NCBI GenBank assembly: GCA_051294375.1
Contig: CM119269.1
Span: 6,833,552 to 6,897,551 of the forward strand
Direction: 5' to 3'
From: Paraspadella gotoi
Lineage: Eukaryota > Animalia > Chaetognatha
Length of the DNA: 64,000 nucleotides
The translations under genes were made by a program, and so were the position numbers. This document shows positions 1-59,300 of the stretch, in pieces; position 1 is the first letter of the stretch; every line of letters begins with the position of its first letter. The notes beneath the pieces are model-generated. The model had not been told where the DNA came from. It searched no databases and worked only from the letters and a program-made list of their open reading frames with translations.

Positions 1-92
1 TTCGTAGTTTTATTTCTTGAGAGAAGGCTGCAGCGGCGGCGCCAAAAAATGCGTCAGTGGCCCATGCGGCGTCAATTCCGGCGTCGTTTCCG

Positions 93-161
<69 letters not shown>

Positions 162-551
162 AGAGAGAGAGATATAGATAGACGGAGAGAGAGAATTTAT
201 TTATTTAATGATCAGTTTTCTATCACTCGTCACACGTTGATTCATCGGTTGTTCCCAATTTCTAGATATAACAATTATTCATTAATTCTTTAAAAACATT
301 AACCAATGTAAAAATATTCCTCATCATTCAATAAACAAGCTATATTCCGATTTGATATAATTTTCGAGGTTTACGCGTTTCCCGACGTCAACATCATCGT
401 CGTCGTCCTCATCGTCGTCGTCCTCATCGTCGTCATCGTCGTCATCGTCGTCGTTTCATCTCAATTACAATCATCGTCATCTCATTGTTAGTTTCACTTT
501 CTCTTTATTTGTTTTCTTTTTCCGCGATTGACTTTGCGAAAGTCCTCGACA

Positions 552-589
<38 letters not shown>

Positions 590-895
590 TGACAGATAAA
601 ATCCAGTGATGGCCTAAAGGACCTTGTTTTCTGACGTGCTATCTTTTTTTATAGAGTCGGCTTTCAACGGATCTCAAGGAAACATTTGTTTTTTTTTTCT
701 TCCGTCTTTTTCTCATTTTTAGATAAATATTAAATGATAAACATTACATTTTTTAAGGGAGAAGAGGGAAAGAAAAACAAAATGGCCTCAGTATTTCATT
801 GTAATTCATCGTAATTCATTGTAAAACCAGTATCGATCTCTTTTATTTCTCTTCATTGTTTTCATGTTTTGTTTTAACTTTTTTTGTTTTTCTGA

Positions 896-992
<97 letters not shown>

Positions 993-2347
993 ATTTGGGA
1001 TATATATTTTCTATTTGTCACTTCAATATATCCGATTTTCAGTTACAAGTTTTATCGACATTCGTTCCCCGATTTTTCTTTTTTTTTCTTCTGCAAATCT
1101 TTTTTGTCCTCGATCCTCATTTCCCAAAATAAATTGAGCGATAAACTTTTTCTCATTTTTTCTTTTGTTTACTTTTGTTTGTTTACTTGCGTTTCATAAC
1201 ATCCGACTCTCTTCAACGTTTTAGTTTAAGGTCAGTTTATCCGTATTATATGCCAGATCAAGATTATATTCAAGAGGTATAATACAAAAAAATCGTATAA
1301 AGTAACAACAACAACAACAACAATTCACAGGCCGCACCAACGGAATCGGTTCCTCGTTCCTCTCACGTGAATCTCACTTTTCGGCGTCAAAAAAAAGCGT
1401 GAACAGGAAGACAAATGGCGTCGGCGCCGATTTTCGTCGACGCCGGCGATCACGTAGCGCGAAATGGCGCCGTTTAAATTCTCGAGGACCCGTGATCCCT
1501 TTTCAGTCTCACTGAGTGAAGTGAAGGGAAGAAACACATAAAATTCACAATTTTAGAAATCATATCGAAAAGAGTGAAGTAGACGAGCAATCGTGAAAGG
1601 ATTTGTAAGAACATTTTTGGGAGGATTTGTGAGATAATTTGTGAGATGATTTGTGAGATGATTTGTGAGAGGATCTAAAAAATCGACGAGGGACCCTGGA
1701 AATCACAAAAATGTTGTGGCTGCACGACTTAAAGCCGCCTCGTGACTTTTTGTCCTCAACCCAGTCTCTCGGTATAGTGGAGATCCTGAGAGTGCTCACG
1801 CCTTCGGTATGTCAGGCAATCTCTCCGTTGCCAAAACGTAAAATTGAGATTGAAATTCTCAACTCGTGAATGATCTATGATCTATGATAATTTGAATATA
1901 TTCATCTTTATGAAATTGGTTCCATCAATATAAAAATTATAAATTCCTTTAAAAAATAAGCTATCTTGACTTTGGACAGGCTATCGGGATTAAGACGTCT
2001 CTCCCTCTTACAAAATAATAACATAGCAGGACCCTGCACACTTTCGATCAAGACTCTCTCACAGTCTCGTTTATTATCTCCCATAGTAACTGGCTTCCCT
2101 ATCATTGAAGTGTTTTAATGTTTTAAAGAAGGTTTTAATTGTATAAAAAGACCACTCCCTTATTTTTTTTTACAGAAACTATCGTCGGACAAATCTCAAA
2201 CTCGAGATGAACTTTAGAAAAAGAAATTCGGTCTTCGGAAATTTGTGGACGAAATCCTTTGATCTTCCGCGATTCAAACAAAACATAGGAAACAATCGAA
2301 AGGAAATAAACAAAACGACTCCTTTTGTCTGTGGATTATGAAGCTTC

Positions 2348-2448
<101 letters not shown>

Positions 2449-2537
2449 AGAGAGAAGAGAGAAGGAAAGAGAAGAGAAAATGAACACAAAATGAAGCCTT
2501 CGATGCCTGAAAATCTCCTGCGGTGAGTTCAATCAAT

Positions 2538-2578
<41 letters not shown>

Positions 2579-2602
2579 TTTCTTTCTTTCTTTCTTTCGT
2601 TA

Positions 2603-2665
<63 letters not shown>

Positions 2666-3630
2666 TACTTTTCTTTCGTTACTTTTCTTTCCTTCTCTCG
2701 TTCTCAGAGTTTCACGCTCGATGCCAATAACTATTTGACAGTTTCCCCCGACAAGTTTCTCATAAGAAAAGATGCAGACGACGGAAAATTTGATTTTCGA
2801 CGAGAACGACGACGACGACGACGACGACGACAACGTCCTACAGCGATACTAGAGGCGATGACGACGACATCGACGAAATTTTAACAGTTGGCGACAACAA
2901 TGATACCCCGACTAAGGCCTGACAAAGTACTTTGTGTCAGGAACAAACTCTTGTGGAATCTCGATTGGATCTTTGTGGAAATCCGTATAAACATTTGTTG
3001 AATTAATTCATTCATTGATTGTCTTATTTAAATAAAGATTCATTGATTATTCATTCTTTCGCCATTGATAATTATTTAATTGATTCATTACTCTTTTCTC
3101 CCCTCAGCTATCATGAGTTAATGATTAATATTTTATAGCAGAGGTGTTGGGTACTTCTTCGTGTTTTCTTAGAGATCCTTTTGTGCTAATAAAACTAATA
3201 AAACTGTAAAATTTTATAATTTATCCTGCGTTCATTGATCTACCGACCCTCATGCCTTCTTAATCTTTAATCTTAAAGACAAATAGAAATGATTATTACG
3301 TAATTAATTAAAAGTAAGTGAAAACATCCCCACCAGCCCAGAGGTTTTCGACAAGTCAGGGAAATGTGAAAAAAAGACGAAATTAATGGAAAAAATAGCG
3401 AAACAAAATTCACAGTTTTATTTTCTTGGTTCTGTCCTTCCTCTACAATGTCACTACTGATAAAAATCTTTCATTTTCTTTGTTCCATCATAATCAATAT
3501 CACTGTTGAACAACTAATTTAATTGTGAAGCCGCGATGGGCATTGAGCTGTGAAGATCTCACACTTATCAACGCTTGAGAGTTTAACGACGATTGAGCGA
3601 GGGAGTGAGTGAGTGAGTGAGTGAGAGAGT

Positions 3631-3663
<33 letters not shown>

Positions 3664-4691
3664 TGAGTTGCTTGCATTCTTCTCGATTTCTTTATCCCCT
3701 TATCCATCATCCTTTAATATTTTTCTTTCTTTTCTTTCTTTTTATTTTCTACCCTAACATTTATATAATCTCTCTTTTTCCCTTTTGATAATACATCTCA
3801 TGCTTAATTTTAGTTCCATTCTCTTCTTTCCCATCAATCTCTCTTTTCCTTAAATGTTTTCCTCCTTTAATCCCTTCCTTATTATTACTGACCCTAATGG
3901 TTTTTCTATTTTCAGTTCCCACTCCCAGCCCTAATCTTTTCCCCATCACATTAGGCTTTTTATTAGTGCTTCTACTGCTTTTTTTATGCTCTTCTCAGAT
4001 CCTACTCCTTCAAAGATTTTATTTTAGCTTTTTTGCTCTTTTCTTTAAAGTTTCTCCTTTCATATTTTTATTCCTTTTCTTGTTTTCGGGTCGTCTTTCA
4101 ATTTATAGTATTATCAGTTTTTCACTTTTAATTTTTCCCTTTTCCCATTTACTTCTTGTTTACTAACCAATTTTCCATTTTAAAATTCATTCCCTCTTTC
4201 CCTCTTATCCCTTTTCCCAAATTCTTCAAACCGGCGTCTTTTGTCCTTTCGGCGCCGGTCGAAAGAACGCCGCTCTTTGTCCGGCGCCGGAGGAGTCGAT
4301 GGGGGTGTGCTCATTGTGAGAAACGGCGCTCTTTTGTGAGGCGCGCCGGAAATTAGGAAGCGATGAATGGGCGGAACTGGAACCTTTCTGCCCTCGCGCT
4401 ACGCTCCTCTGACTTTAGACTCTCCAGTGCGGAACTACTTTAGAAAGATGTTCAGTTCACTTTCTCATTCCTAATGGATGTGTACATTTACTTTTATTGA
4501 CAGAATATTTAACTGACGAAGACAATCACGAAACACAACTTGGCCGAGCTCCCTAAAAAAAAAAAAAAATAAACTTGCACTTTCGGCTTCATTTAAGTTA
4601 AACTCTTTGCAGTAAAATGCTATTTTTAACTTAACATAAAGTATAAGAACAATGTCAACCCATTACCTTTCGCTTTATTCACACTCCACAG

Positions 4692-49029
<44,338 letters not shown>

Positions 49030-50346
49030 TCTCATGACTATTTGACTTCGGTTGATATATACGTATTTATTTTAAGAGCGCGAAAAAATTTAATTGACCC
49101 AACGTGTAGAAAAAACATTTTTTTATGGAATAATTATTAAATTATAAACTAATTGATAGACATTGTAATTAGCCTTTCTTTTAAAACGAATTTCGTTATT
49201 CTCCCATTAAAACTAATTGATAAATTTAAGAATAAAAAAAATATCGCTTGACCTTTTCCGCGACTAAAGCTTTGAACTTTCGCTATTGTCTATGTCACAA
49301 AACGTCTGAGAAAAAGATTTAAAAAATTCGGTGAAAACCGATTTTAAAGCCATTTGCCGGCAAAAATATTTAGTCCTACTTTTCACCGCCTGCTATTGGG
49401 TTTAATTTCGGTTTGATCCTACATAACAGCTCCAGCAAAGAAACCTTTTTCGCGCTCAAAATCCGAGTCTTGTATTTGAGCGTTTTTATTATTACCATAT
49501 TATTACCACCCTATGTTGTGAATGAGATTTGGTTCAAATGCGTAATTGGCACGTCTGTACGGGTTGTTTAATGTGTCTTGACTTTTTTATCAAATGATTT
49601 TACTATGATTTTCATATGACTGAATCGTTTTCTTTCACTAAAAAATCCATTTCAATAATCCTCTGAAACTTTCGGCACGTTGATTTTAGTTTAATGTATC
49701 ATGGCGGGATTCTTTGTTCAATTCGTTTGATTTGCTACTAGTTAAATTGTTACTTTGTTTGTTACTTTCTATTATATGCTGGCAATACTCTTCAATTAAT
49801 AAAAGCCACCCCCTGCAAGAAAAATAAAAACCGACCATTAAAATTGGAAATCAATATCAGTTACTTTAATAAGCATAAGTTAGTTATAAAAGAGCAGCAT
49901 TATTTTATAAAGTTAACAACACTGAATTAATACGTGGCAAAGCAAATACATGAAATGTAATCAATTCTGGAAAAGTTCAAAACAGGAAATGACGAACTGG
50001 GGATTAGAAATGGTGATCTGGCCGCAAAAATATTTAGCAAAATAGGAAGATTGTATCTTAAAATTAATTGAATGCTTGATAATGAAAATTTAATACTGAT
50101 GTAAATTGTAAAAATACGTAGAACGAATTACAAATGAGTCGATTTGATGAGCTATAATATTATTTTAAAAAGCTGACGAGTTAGTCCCCTTTGATTATTC
50201 ATGTTTAAATATAATTAAATATAATTAACGGAATACGAAAGTATGAATAAGAACCAAAATATGACTACTATCATAAGTTAAAACTGACAAAGTCTCCATA
50301 TAAAAATTAGAATTTGAAAAATGGGTCATCGGATCCTCGGAAAGGC

Positions 50347-53300
50347 TCAACCGTTGACGCCGGTGTCCGACTCTCCGAAGTCAAATCGTGTCTCTTTCCT
50401 GTTAGTCTTTTCGTCTCCTAGCAACCGGACTTCGCTGTCGTGGGGAGGGGAGACTCCTTGCAGGTGGCACTGTACGATCTGGACGGACGCTGGTTGGGGG
50501 TGTTGAGGGATAGGGGATAATAGTTATCTTAGAAATGCTTTTTCGGAAAAAAAAATAATAGAGAATTACTTTCAAAAATTAATTATTAGCCCCTCTTTTT
50601 GGATCCTCACCTCGCGGGACAGAGTCGAGGACCTTGGAAGAACCCGAGTCGGAAGATAAGTTAGAAGAAAAAGTTAAGGGAGCGAGTTGATTATTGGGAG
50701 ATGGAGAAGAAACGAATTGAGAGGGAGTGGACAACGGGGGAGAGAGAGAATAAGCGGACGGCGTTGAAATGGAAGGGAAAAACGGGTGAGAGTCGGAATT
50801 TGAGAGAGGCGGAGAAAGAGGGGAAAGAGAAGAGGTATGTGGTGGAGAAAGATTGAGCGAGGACGGGGTGGAAAGGGGCGGGGACAAAGCAAGAGCCGGC
50901 GAAGAAATCGCGCAATCAGCGGCTGATTCGGCGCCGGAGGTGGAGCTAGATGCGGCGCCGTAAGACGAAACGGCGTTGAGACGAGATCGGGACGATGTTC
51001 TGATCGGAGGAGGGACCTAAACGGGGGAGAGCAAGGTAAAGGAAGTGCGGACTAAATCATCAACGACCCGCTTGACATTTCCACCTTGACGCGATTCTGA
51101 AGTCCTGCTACGTTGCCACGACCCTCGTTACGGCCTCGATCGCGCCACGACGCCGATCTTCTCAATGGGAGCTTCGACAAAGCCTCCGCGTCAAAGAAGA
51201 CCCTGTCAACAAGCGGCTGGGGCGGAGCGGACAGCGGTGGGGCCGCGTTATTCAAAATAGAGTCGGACATCGTCGTCAGTCCGGCTTCCGACACTTCAGG
51301 CACCGAACGACGGTAAGAGACCACGCCGGGAACGCCGCCGATCAAGGTGACGCCCTCGGCACGCGCCTTGGGTCCGCCGTCGCCGGCTTTCGAAACGCGG
51401 AGCATGAAGCGTCGCGCGTCCGGCTGCTGTAGAGAGGATAAGGTGTCTTCGAGCGACGGAGATGGGACGGTGGAGGAGGAGGATGAAGAGGAGGAGGAGG
51501 AAAAGTGAGGAGATGGTTCGGAAGGGTCGCCTGACAACGAAGTTTTAAACTCTCATTAAAATCTAATTTAGTGATATATACAAATGAATTTTAAATTTTC
51601 CAACACGGCACTCCTCAACTCTTCACCTCCGCTGATCGTCCGCTGCCCGCGACGCAGACAAGACTTGACGGGCTTGTGGACGTTCGTCGGACCGTGTTTC
51701 GCGCCTTCAGCTTCGGGGATAATGGCCGGAGTCGTCAAGCTCTTCATCTCCAAGAGTTTGTTGATGGAGATGAGCGGACGAAATCTAATTTTTAGGGAAG
51801 TGAAATGTCTCTAAAGTTAAGACGGACAGAGTCAATTTCGGCTGCGGCGAGGTACACGACGAACCTGCTGCCTCGCTCTTCTAAGCTGAGGGTTCTTTGG
51901 AGTGGATGGATTCTGACGACTTTGGAGGAAGGGAATGAGGTCGTCATTAGGTCGGCATCTGGTGAAGACAAGGAAATGAAAATCTTTAATTCTGAATGGA
52001 ATTATGATTCTTATCGAAACCTTTTGGAGAGACAAAAGGGTAATGTGGGGGGGGGTTTCTTATAGAGAATTGAAATGAAATGAAATATTAGAGGGAAGTT
52101 TAAAGTTTAAACTGCAGTCTAAACTAACCTTTTCTAGAAGTGGCACTGCGCGGGGGCGACGGCGGCTGAACGACGGTCTTTGAATTGAATTTCCCGATCG
52201 TCGAAAACTCGAACTTTTTGACAACTATAGGTAGACATTATATGTTTTTCAATAAAAACAAATTCGTTGAAACTAATAAAACTTTGTTTTTTTCTCTAAG
52301 ACAACTATAGGTATAATGTTAGACATTGTATTATTTTCTCTCTTTTCGTTGCTAAGTGAATATTAGGAAATGTTTATTGAGTGCCAATACAACGATTTTT
52401 TTATTATCAATAACATGTACTATTGATAATAAAAAATCGTTGTATTGGCACTCAATAAACATTTCCTAATAGGTATAATGTGAAAATTTGGATAATCAAT
52501 TTGTTTTTGCACGTTAATTTAAAGTTGGGTTTGAAAAATGAAAGCTTACAGGGAGATCACTTTCTTCTGTTCGGTTCTTTGGTCGTTTAACTTCCATAGG
52601 GACACGATATCTTTGTAGACTCGTTGACTGGCCTAAAGATAAATTATAATGTTTTGAGACAAAATGAGAAATTGTCACATTTTCAAAGAGAAAAGTCTAT
52701 TATTCAATCCTAATAAGCGCAGCCACGATCAGATTTCTTGTATACCTAGCGGTTGAATTCCGACGCGATCTCCGGGGTGATTTGACGTCTCTACCGGCGT
52801 CGGTGGTGGAGAAAGCGGCGGCGCGCCAGAAGACGCCGGGTGCAGCACGCGACACTCCGACAACGGCGCCATATTGCGGGTAGGAGAAAGTCGGCGCGAA
52901 GACCGAGATGACGAAGACGAAGGCGCCGCGTGAAAAGAGTTTCCGGCCGCGACGGCGCCGATAGAATCCGGCGTCGTAGGCAACGCCGACGAGTCTATGC
53001 AGTCCGCGTTCGGAAGACATGCGAGAGTTGAGGGGATTGAGGGACTGACTGGAGCGGCGGGGGTAGCCGGGGGAGTGAGTTGAAAACTCGGGGTGGCGGG
53101 CGCCGAAGTAGGTGAAGAAACCAAAGACGACGTCACCGTCGACGGAGAATCACGTCCGGGGTTCGAATCCCGGTTGGAACAGCGTCGAAAATCTACATCG
53201 GCGTCGTCCACTCGACAAGAGATGGCCGAGATGGCACGGAGATCGAGGGCGCGAGGGGTAGAAGCCGAGGAGGCACGGGAGGGTGTGGAAGAGGAGGAGG

Positions 53301-56300
53301 GGGGACGAGGGGAAACTGCGGGCGAGCGAGAAGGCGTCGATTCGGCGGCGTCGCCGGCGCCGAGGACGTGATAGACGACGCCGTCGTCGCAGGAGGAAGG
53401 GGTCAGGACGCGAAGCTTGTGAGTGGTGGTGGAGGACGAGAGGGCTGAAAGAGAGATTTACGGCGTCGATATAGGAAATAAAAATTTTCTAATTAACTAA
53501 GTAATAAATCCAATTGAGCAGAGAAAATATTGGGGAAGTTGAAACCTTCATCTCCGTTCTCAGCAGCTTCGCTAGACGCGTTTGGAGTCGCCGACCTTTC
53601 AGCGTCCAAGGTTTCGTCGCCGCCTTCTGACGCCGCGTTGGAGCCGGCGCTGCCTTGACGCCTGGGAGGTTATGGAAGGTTATAGAAAGAAAAACCAACA
53701 GGCTCTCAAAAGAAAGGCACCTTAACAGCCCGGAACTTCTTTGGGCTTGGTTGTACAGATGTTCCAACTGAATCACCAGCTGAGCGAACGAAGGCCGATC
53801 CTCCGCATTAAAGGCCCAACACCAGTTCATGATTTTGTATCTGTGATGAAAATTATGAAACACTAACGTAGGAAAATACACCCGAACTCATCAAAATTAT
53901 GAAACGGACATGTCATCGGGGCAGTTGTCGGGCTTTTCCAGCCTTCCTCCATCTTTTAAAAATTGCAAGACTTCGTGATTTGTTCGGGCGGGATAAGGCT
54001 GTTGACCCAAAGACATTATCTCCCAGATTAAAACGCCGAAGCTCCAAACGTCTGCCTTCGTCGTCCATGTACGGTCCATCAATGATTCTGGAAGTCAAAT
54101 ATAAATTACTGAATGAAAAAAATCTTAAGGATCGTCGCAATCGCATAAAAAAATATGATACGTAAAAACTTTGATCAGTAAAAAAAAAAACAAAAGAACA
54201 AAGAAATTTGGTTGTCTCTGTACAATACAATTGTCCATCTTTCTTTGTTCTTTTGTTTTTTTTTGTCCAATTTGTTTTAATTAATAAATATAAAAAAATA
54301 TCAGGATTTTATTGGGACCATCGTTCCAAAATCGTCGCAAACGCAAGCGCAAGCGATTGCGACGATAAAAACATTGTTAAATGAAAACTAAGTCATTAAG
54401 TTTAAACCTGGAGACATCCATTTAAATGGAACTTTTCCGTCCATCTCCATACGGTAATAATCATTGCGATAGATATCTCGTGCCAAACCAAAGTCGCCGA
54501 CCTTTAAAAAAAAAGTTTTTATTTAGAGTTGCGGTTGATTACTAAGTATTTCTACAGTATATGACAAAAAACACTAAAACCTTGACAATAGCCCCATTGT
54601 TAGGAAGAGAGGAAACGAGACAATTTCGAGCTGCGAGATCTCGATGAACAAAGTGAAGATCTTCCAAGTATTTGCAACCCATCGCGACTTGGATGGCCAT
54701 TTGGAGAAGTTGAGACAAAGTCAAAGGCTAAAAGGAAAAGTAACACAATTGAATTGTAAAACCATTCGGAATGATTAATGACGAAGGTTTTTGGACTAAA
54801 TTTAAAAAAAAAAATTAAACTTTTTATAACCCATCACATCAATTCCATTTTATTTGTGAAGCTTTAGAACAAACTAAAATCCATTCCGCGTTAAGAACTA
54901 CTTTACCGGGATTGAGTTGCGCATCGACTTGAGGTAATTGGATAGATCCCCCTTGTCCATGAACTCCAGCAACATATAAGGTCCATCAGGATGAGGGTCG
55001 AGGCAAACTCCAATGAGGGGCAGGATGTGCTCGTGATGAAACTGAGCCATCAGCAACGCTTCAGCTAGAAATTGTTGCTGCATGGGTTCTGACAAGAAAA
55101 AAAATAGGAAACATGAGAACATTTCGTGATCTTAAACAATTTAATAAATACACGCTCGAAACATCTTCAAGGATCTCTTAATTATCCTGTATTAGTATCA
55201 AATTTTACAAACATAGAAGCAAGGAAAAGATGTTCTGAATGTTTTTCAAAAAGGAGGAATTTAGTCTAAATAGAAAAGAGATGCGAGAATTGATACTGAT
55301 GAAACTTAAAATATGAAATAGCAAATTAACGCATCTAATTTCTTAAAATTACCTACTACTCACTCAAAAAAAAAAAAGTTTTGTAAGACCTGAAATGAGT
55401 TTAAGAAACTTATTCTAAATCTAGAAAATGAAACTTGTCTTTTAAAATGGATGAAATGATACCTCTACCCATTTGACGCCGAATCAAACTGGCGCCGCTT
55501 AACTCCAAATTATTTTGACCCCAAATGAGGTCGCTACTCATGACCGAGGCGTGCGGCCATTTCAGTGAAGAACCTTTTAAAAATTTTGGTTTGGATATAT
55601 TATATATACGACTATTAACATAGTATTGTAGTCAAAGGAACAAAAAACCCAGGTGCCAAAATTAATTTTTTAAAATTAATTATCGAGTACCTTAATTAAA
55701 AAAAAATATTTTTTTTACAATTTAGTTAGCGTTTTTTATTTACAGAATTTCAACCAAGGATTTAATCTAATTAGTTTTTTGTTCCATATCTTCCTTAATT
55801 CCTCACCACTGGCATTGGGCTGAAGGGTCTTCACTGCAACGGTGACGGTTCCAGTTCCTGGACCATGTATATCCTTGGCCTCGCCCGCATAGACGTTGCC
55901 AAAGGCGCCCGAACCAAGGTAGTGGACGAGAGTGAGGGAAGTTCGCGGGAAGTGAGGCAAGGATTTGAGGTCTTCGTCGGAAGGCATGTCGCTGAAGGGG
56001 AAGGCGTTTTAATGTTTTTTTTATTTCGCCTATGGCTTATTACTTATTAGGCATTCTAACCTTTATTTAAACATTAACACAATAAATTTTTGCATATTAA
56101 ATATTAATCGCTCACCCTGAATGAACTGGATATAAAGGATTATCGACGGACATGAAGGAGTTAACGATTGGCATGTGGCTGATCCGCGACAAGGTCGCCA
56201 TGAGCTCCACCCTTTCAGAGGCTTCTGCGTTGACCGGAGTGTCGGTTCTCATTGTTGAGATGGCCCCGATCGATCCGGTAATGGAGCCTGATTAGTCCAA

Positions 56301-59300
56301 GAAGGGATCAGTATGGTAAACAAATGTACCTAACAAAAAATCACGGTATTCTTTAGCATGTACCTCCTTCCTGCAGGATTCGGTCAGAATTGGCTTTGAC
56401 CGGTGACAGGCGACGATACAAGAGGCAAATCACCAAGAACAACAGCGTGACAGAAAAAATAGCGGCAAGAGACGCTATGAATCTGAAACCGGGAAAAAGT
56501 TTTTTTTCATTCTCTTAAAAATGCAAAAAATATGGAAAACAGGATCAAAAGAACAGACAATTTAATATTCTTATATTTTTGCGATAACATCTTGGAAAAT
56601 GAAAAAATCACCGAAACCTTTAGTATCAGTAACTTTTATAGCTTTTCATTTATAAATCGAAAAAAATAATAAACCTATTTAAAAAGTAAGCTTTCTCTGA
56701 TTTAAATGAGCCTATTTTAAGCATAATATGATTATAAATACCAGAGAGAGAAATAAAAGAAAGGAAAAAAGCATTTTTTCTAAATAAAAATTTTCAACAT
56801 GAAAATTAATTTTTTCTTTTTAGGTAAATATTTATTGTCATAGTATAGCTTAATATTAATATTAAATTATATATAAATTAACACCTAGAGATAAGTGTAA
56901 ATATAATAATATATAAAAAATATTATAATATGATAAACAATTGTTTTTAGAAAATTATTATAAAAATAGAGTAAGCAAGATTTTTCTTTACATTCTTTTC
57001 ATTTGAACTTAACACTTGTGTTTTTAATTGAATTTTACCAAATTATAACTCATTCGAATTACAAAAAAAATTTTAAATATATAATTTTTTCCCTGCCAGT
57101 TTGTTATTAAAGGGGTCCAAAGTTTTAGTGACATTCATTTCCAAGCAAGATGGTACTTACACTGTGGGAAAGGGATCTGGCGGCCTTACGGAAGGGAAGA
57201 CGTCTACTTTAAATGGTTTTCTCACCTGGTTGTGAACAAAAACCTCTTATAATTTGGCTTTGGGATAAATAGGTTGCATTTATATTTCAGAGATTAATCA
57301 AAAAGTTATTTTTTTATAAATAAAACTTTATTAAACTTCAATGCACTCACTTGAAAGTCGTATTTATTGTTCTTGTCTCCCGCGTAGACGACTTGAATCT
57401 GGACAGTAATGAAAGGCTGGGCAGTCTCGTTGGCAATCGGTTCCGTCCGAGGATTGAAAAGGAGTATCTCATCCTTGCGCGGGACACACCTTTGTCATAT
57501 TGGTTGGGATCGAGACCGGAGTGAGGGAATACATGTACAAAATTGCATGGCGAGTCGACGAAGTGTTGAGAGTGGAATGAAAGCGTGATAATTCGGGTTA
57601 GTTGGATTAAAAATAGTCTTTATCAATATTAAATAACTTGATAATTAAGAGAGCTTTTAAACAATGGAAAATGTAATCAACTAACTTATGATTTAATATT
57701 TACCTGAGTATCGGGAATTCTTCTCTTTCCTTCAACTCTGCTGGCGAAAATGTCACTTGAAAAAGACGCGTCCACATTCGCTTCACATTCTAGAAAAAAT
57801 AAGAACCAGCTTTATAAATATAATCTGGTGCTGTTGATAAAAAAAAACTAATATATATAAGTCGCTCACCTTGTAAAGAAATTCAGCGGAAGTAATGTTG
57901 GCGGGCGGTCGCCACTGGACGCAAATTTGATTATCGGACTGATTGGCGATGTTAAGGCCTCGGGAGTCAGGGGGAGGATACAACTTGACCTAATAAAAAA
58001 AAATTAAAACCTGAAAATTAAGTAATAAGCTTTAATATTCACTTCCATATGTGTAAACGGCTGTTACCTCCCTATCAGGACCCTTTGGACAAGAGCCTTC
58101 AAATGAGCCCGCTCCTGAAAAATAAAAAAATAAAAATATGGAATGTAAATAACTATCACACCAAACGGCGTGAGGATTTTAGCTCTTATCGTCAATGAAT
58201 TGAGTAAATTACCTGGTCCATAATCTTTGTCCGCCACTTGAAAACAAATCTTCCCTTCAAAAAAACTCTGGGAATATTTGTTTAGAATTCGATGAGGGTC
58301 GTTTGTTTCAAATTTCGACAAACATTTGAAAAAAGAACTGAAAATAAACAATTTTTTTAAAAGTATAATTAAACAAAAATAAATTTTCATGTCAAACTGA
58401 TAAAAAGATAATTCTAAAGCTTTCTTCACCTGTGTTGAATCGAAGTTCTTCCAAATGCCGACGCAGTATTGATCAAAGCGCAGCAAGACTCTCGTCTGCA
58501 CTCCTCGGGAGGTTTGTCGTCCACAAAAATCAGGGTGGTAATCTGAATAAAAAAAAGCTTCATATTTTATATTCTATATTCTATTTCCAGAAGACAACAC
58601 TAACATCCCTCTCACCATTACATTATAAAAGAATTTAAAAGGATATGAAAAACGAAATTAGGAAAAGAACATAAAAAATAATAATTAAATGTAAAAATTT
58701 AATATAATTTAGTAAAACAAGTAATCTTGAATTTTTTTATTATAAAATGAGGTGGTTTTTTGTTACAAGAATCTTATCCTCAAAAACTACTGAACCAAAT
58801 TTAGTGTAGTCTGGTATGAACGATCCCAAGGTGAATACAAATTGAACTATCGAGGTGAATTTCAATATTTGACCCCTGAGCTGAGATATGGGCCCCCGGG
58901 GGTAAAAAATGGTCAAACTTTTTTTTAAACTTTTAAATTATTTTTGTTTTAAACGGTTGCACAGACGTTTACTCTTCTGCAAAAGCCTATTTATTACCCC
59001 AAAAATATTAGTTTACCTTATTGTCAGATTCATGTCAGATGATTAATTAGCGAAAATTTATCAATTTTAGATCTAAAATGTTTTTTATTTGAAATTGGTA
59101 CACCCAATAAGTTATCTTGCCCATATTTTGGTGGTTTAAGGCCTCACTGCACCTGATGCTACAAAAAAATTTTAAAAACTGAAAAAAAAAGAAGCATTTT
59201 TTGGCCCCTCAGGGGTCCAGCGCCAGGGCCTTGTAACTCCTCTCAGGGGTTGAATATCAAAATTCGTCTCGATAGTTCCATTTATGTCGTCATTAGGACA

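Noticed and set aside
1600-1672. 12-bp repeat ATTTGTGAGATG x~5, and the 8.4-kb array, as CRISPR-like
   Set aside because: Eukaryotic context, no unique spacers, no cas genes; ordinary minisatellites.
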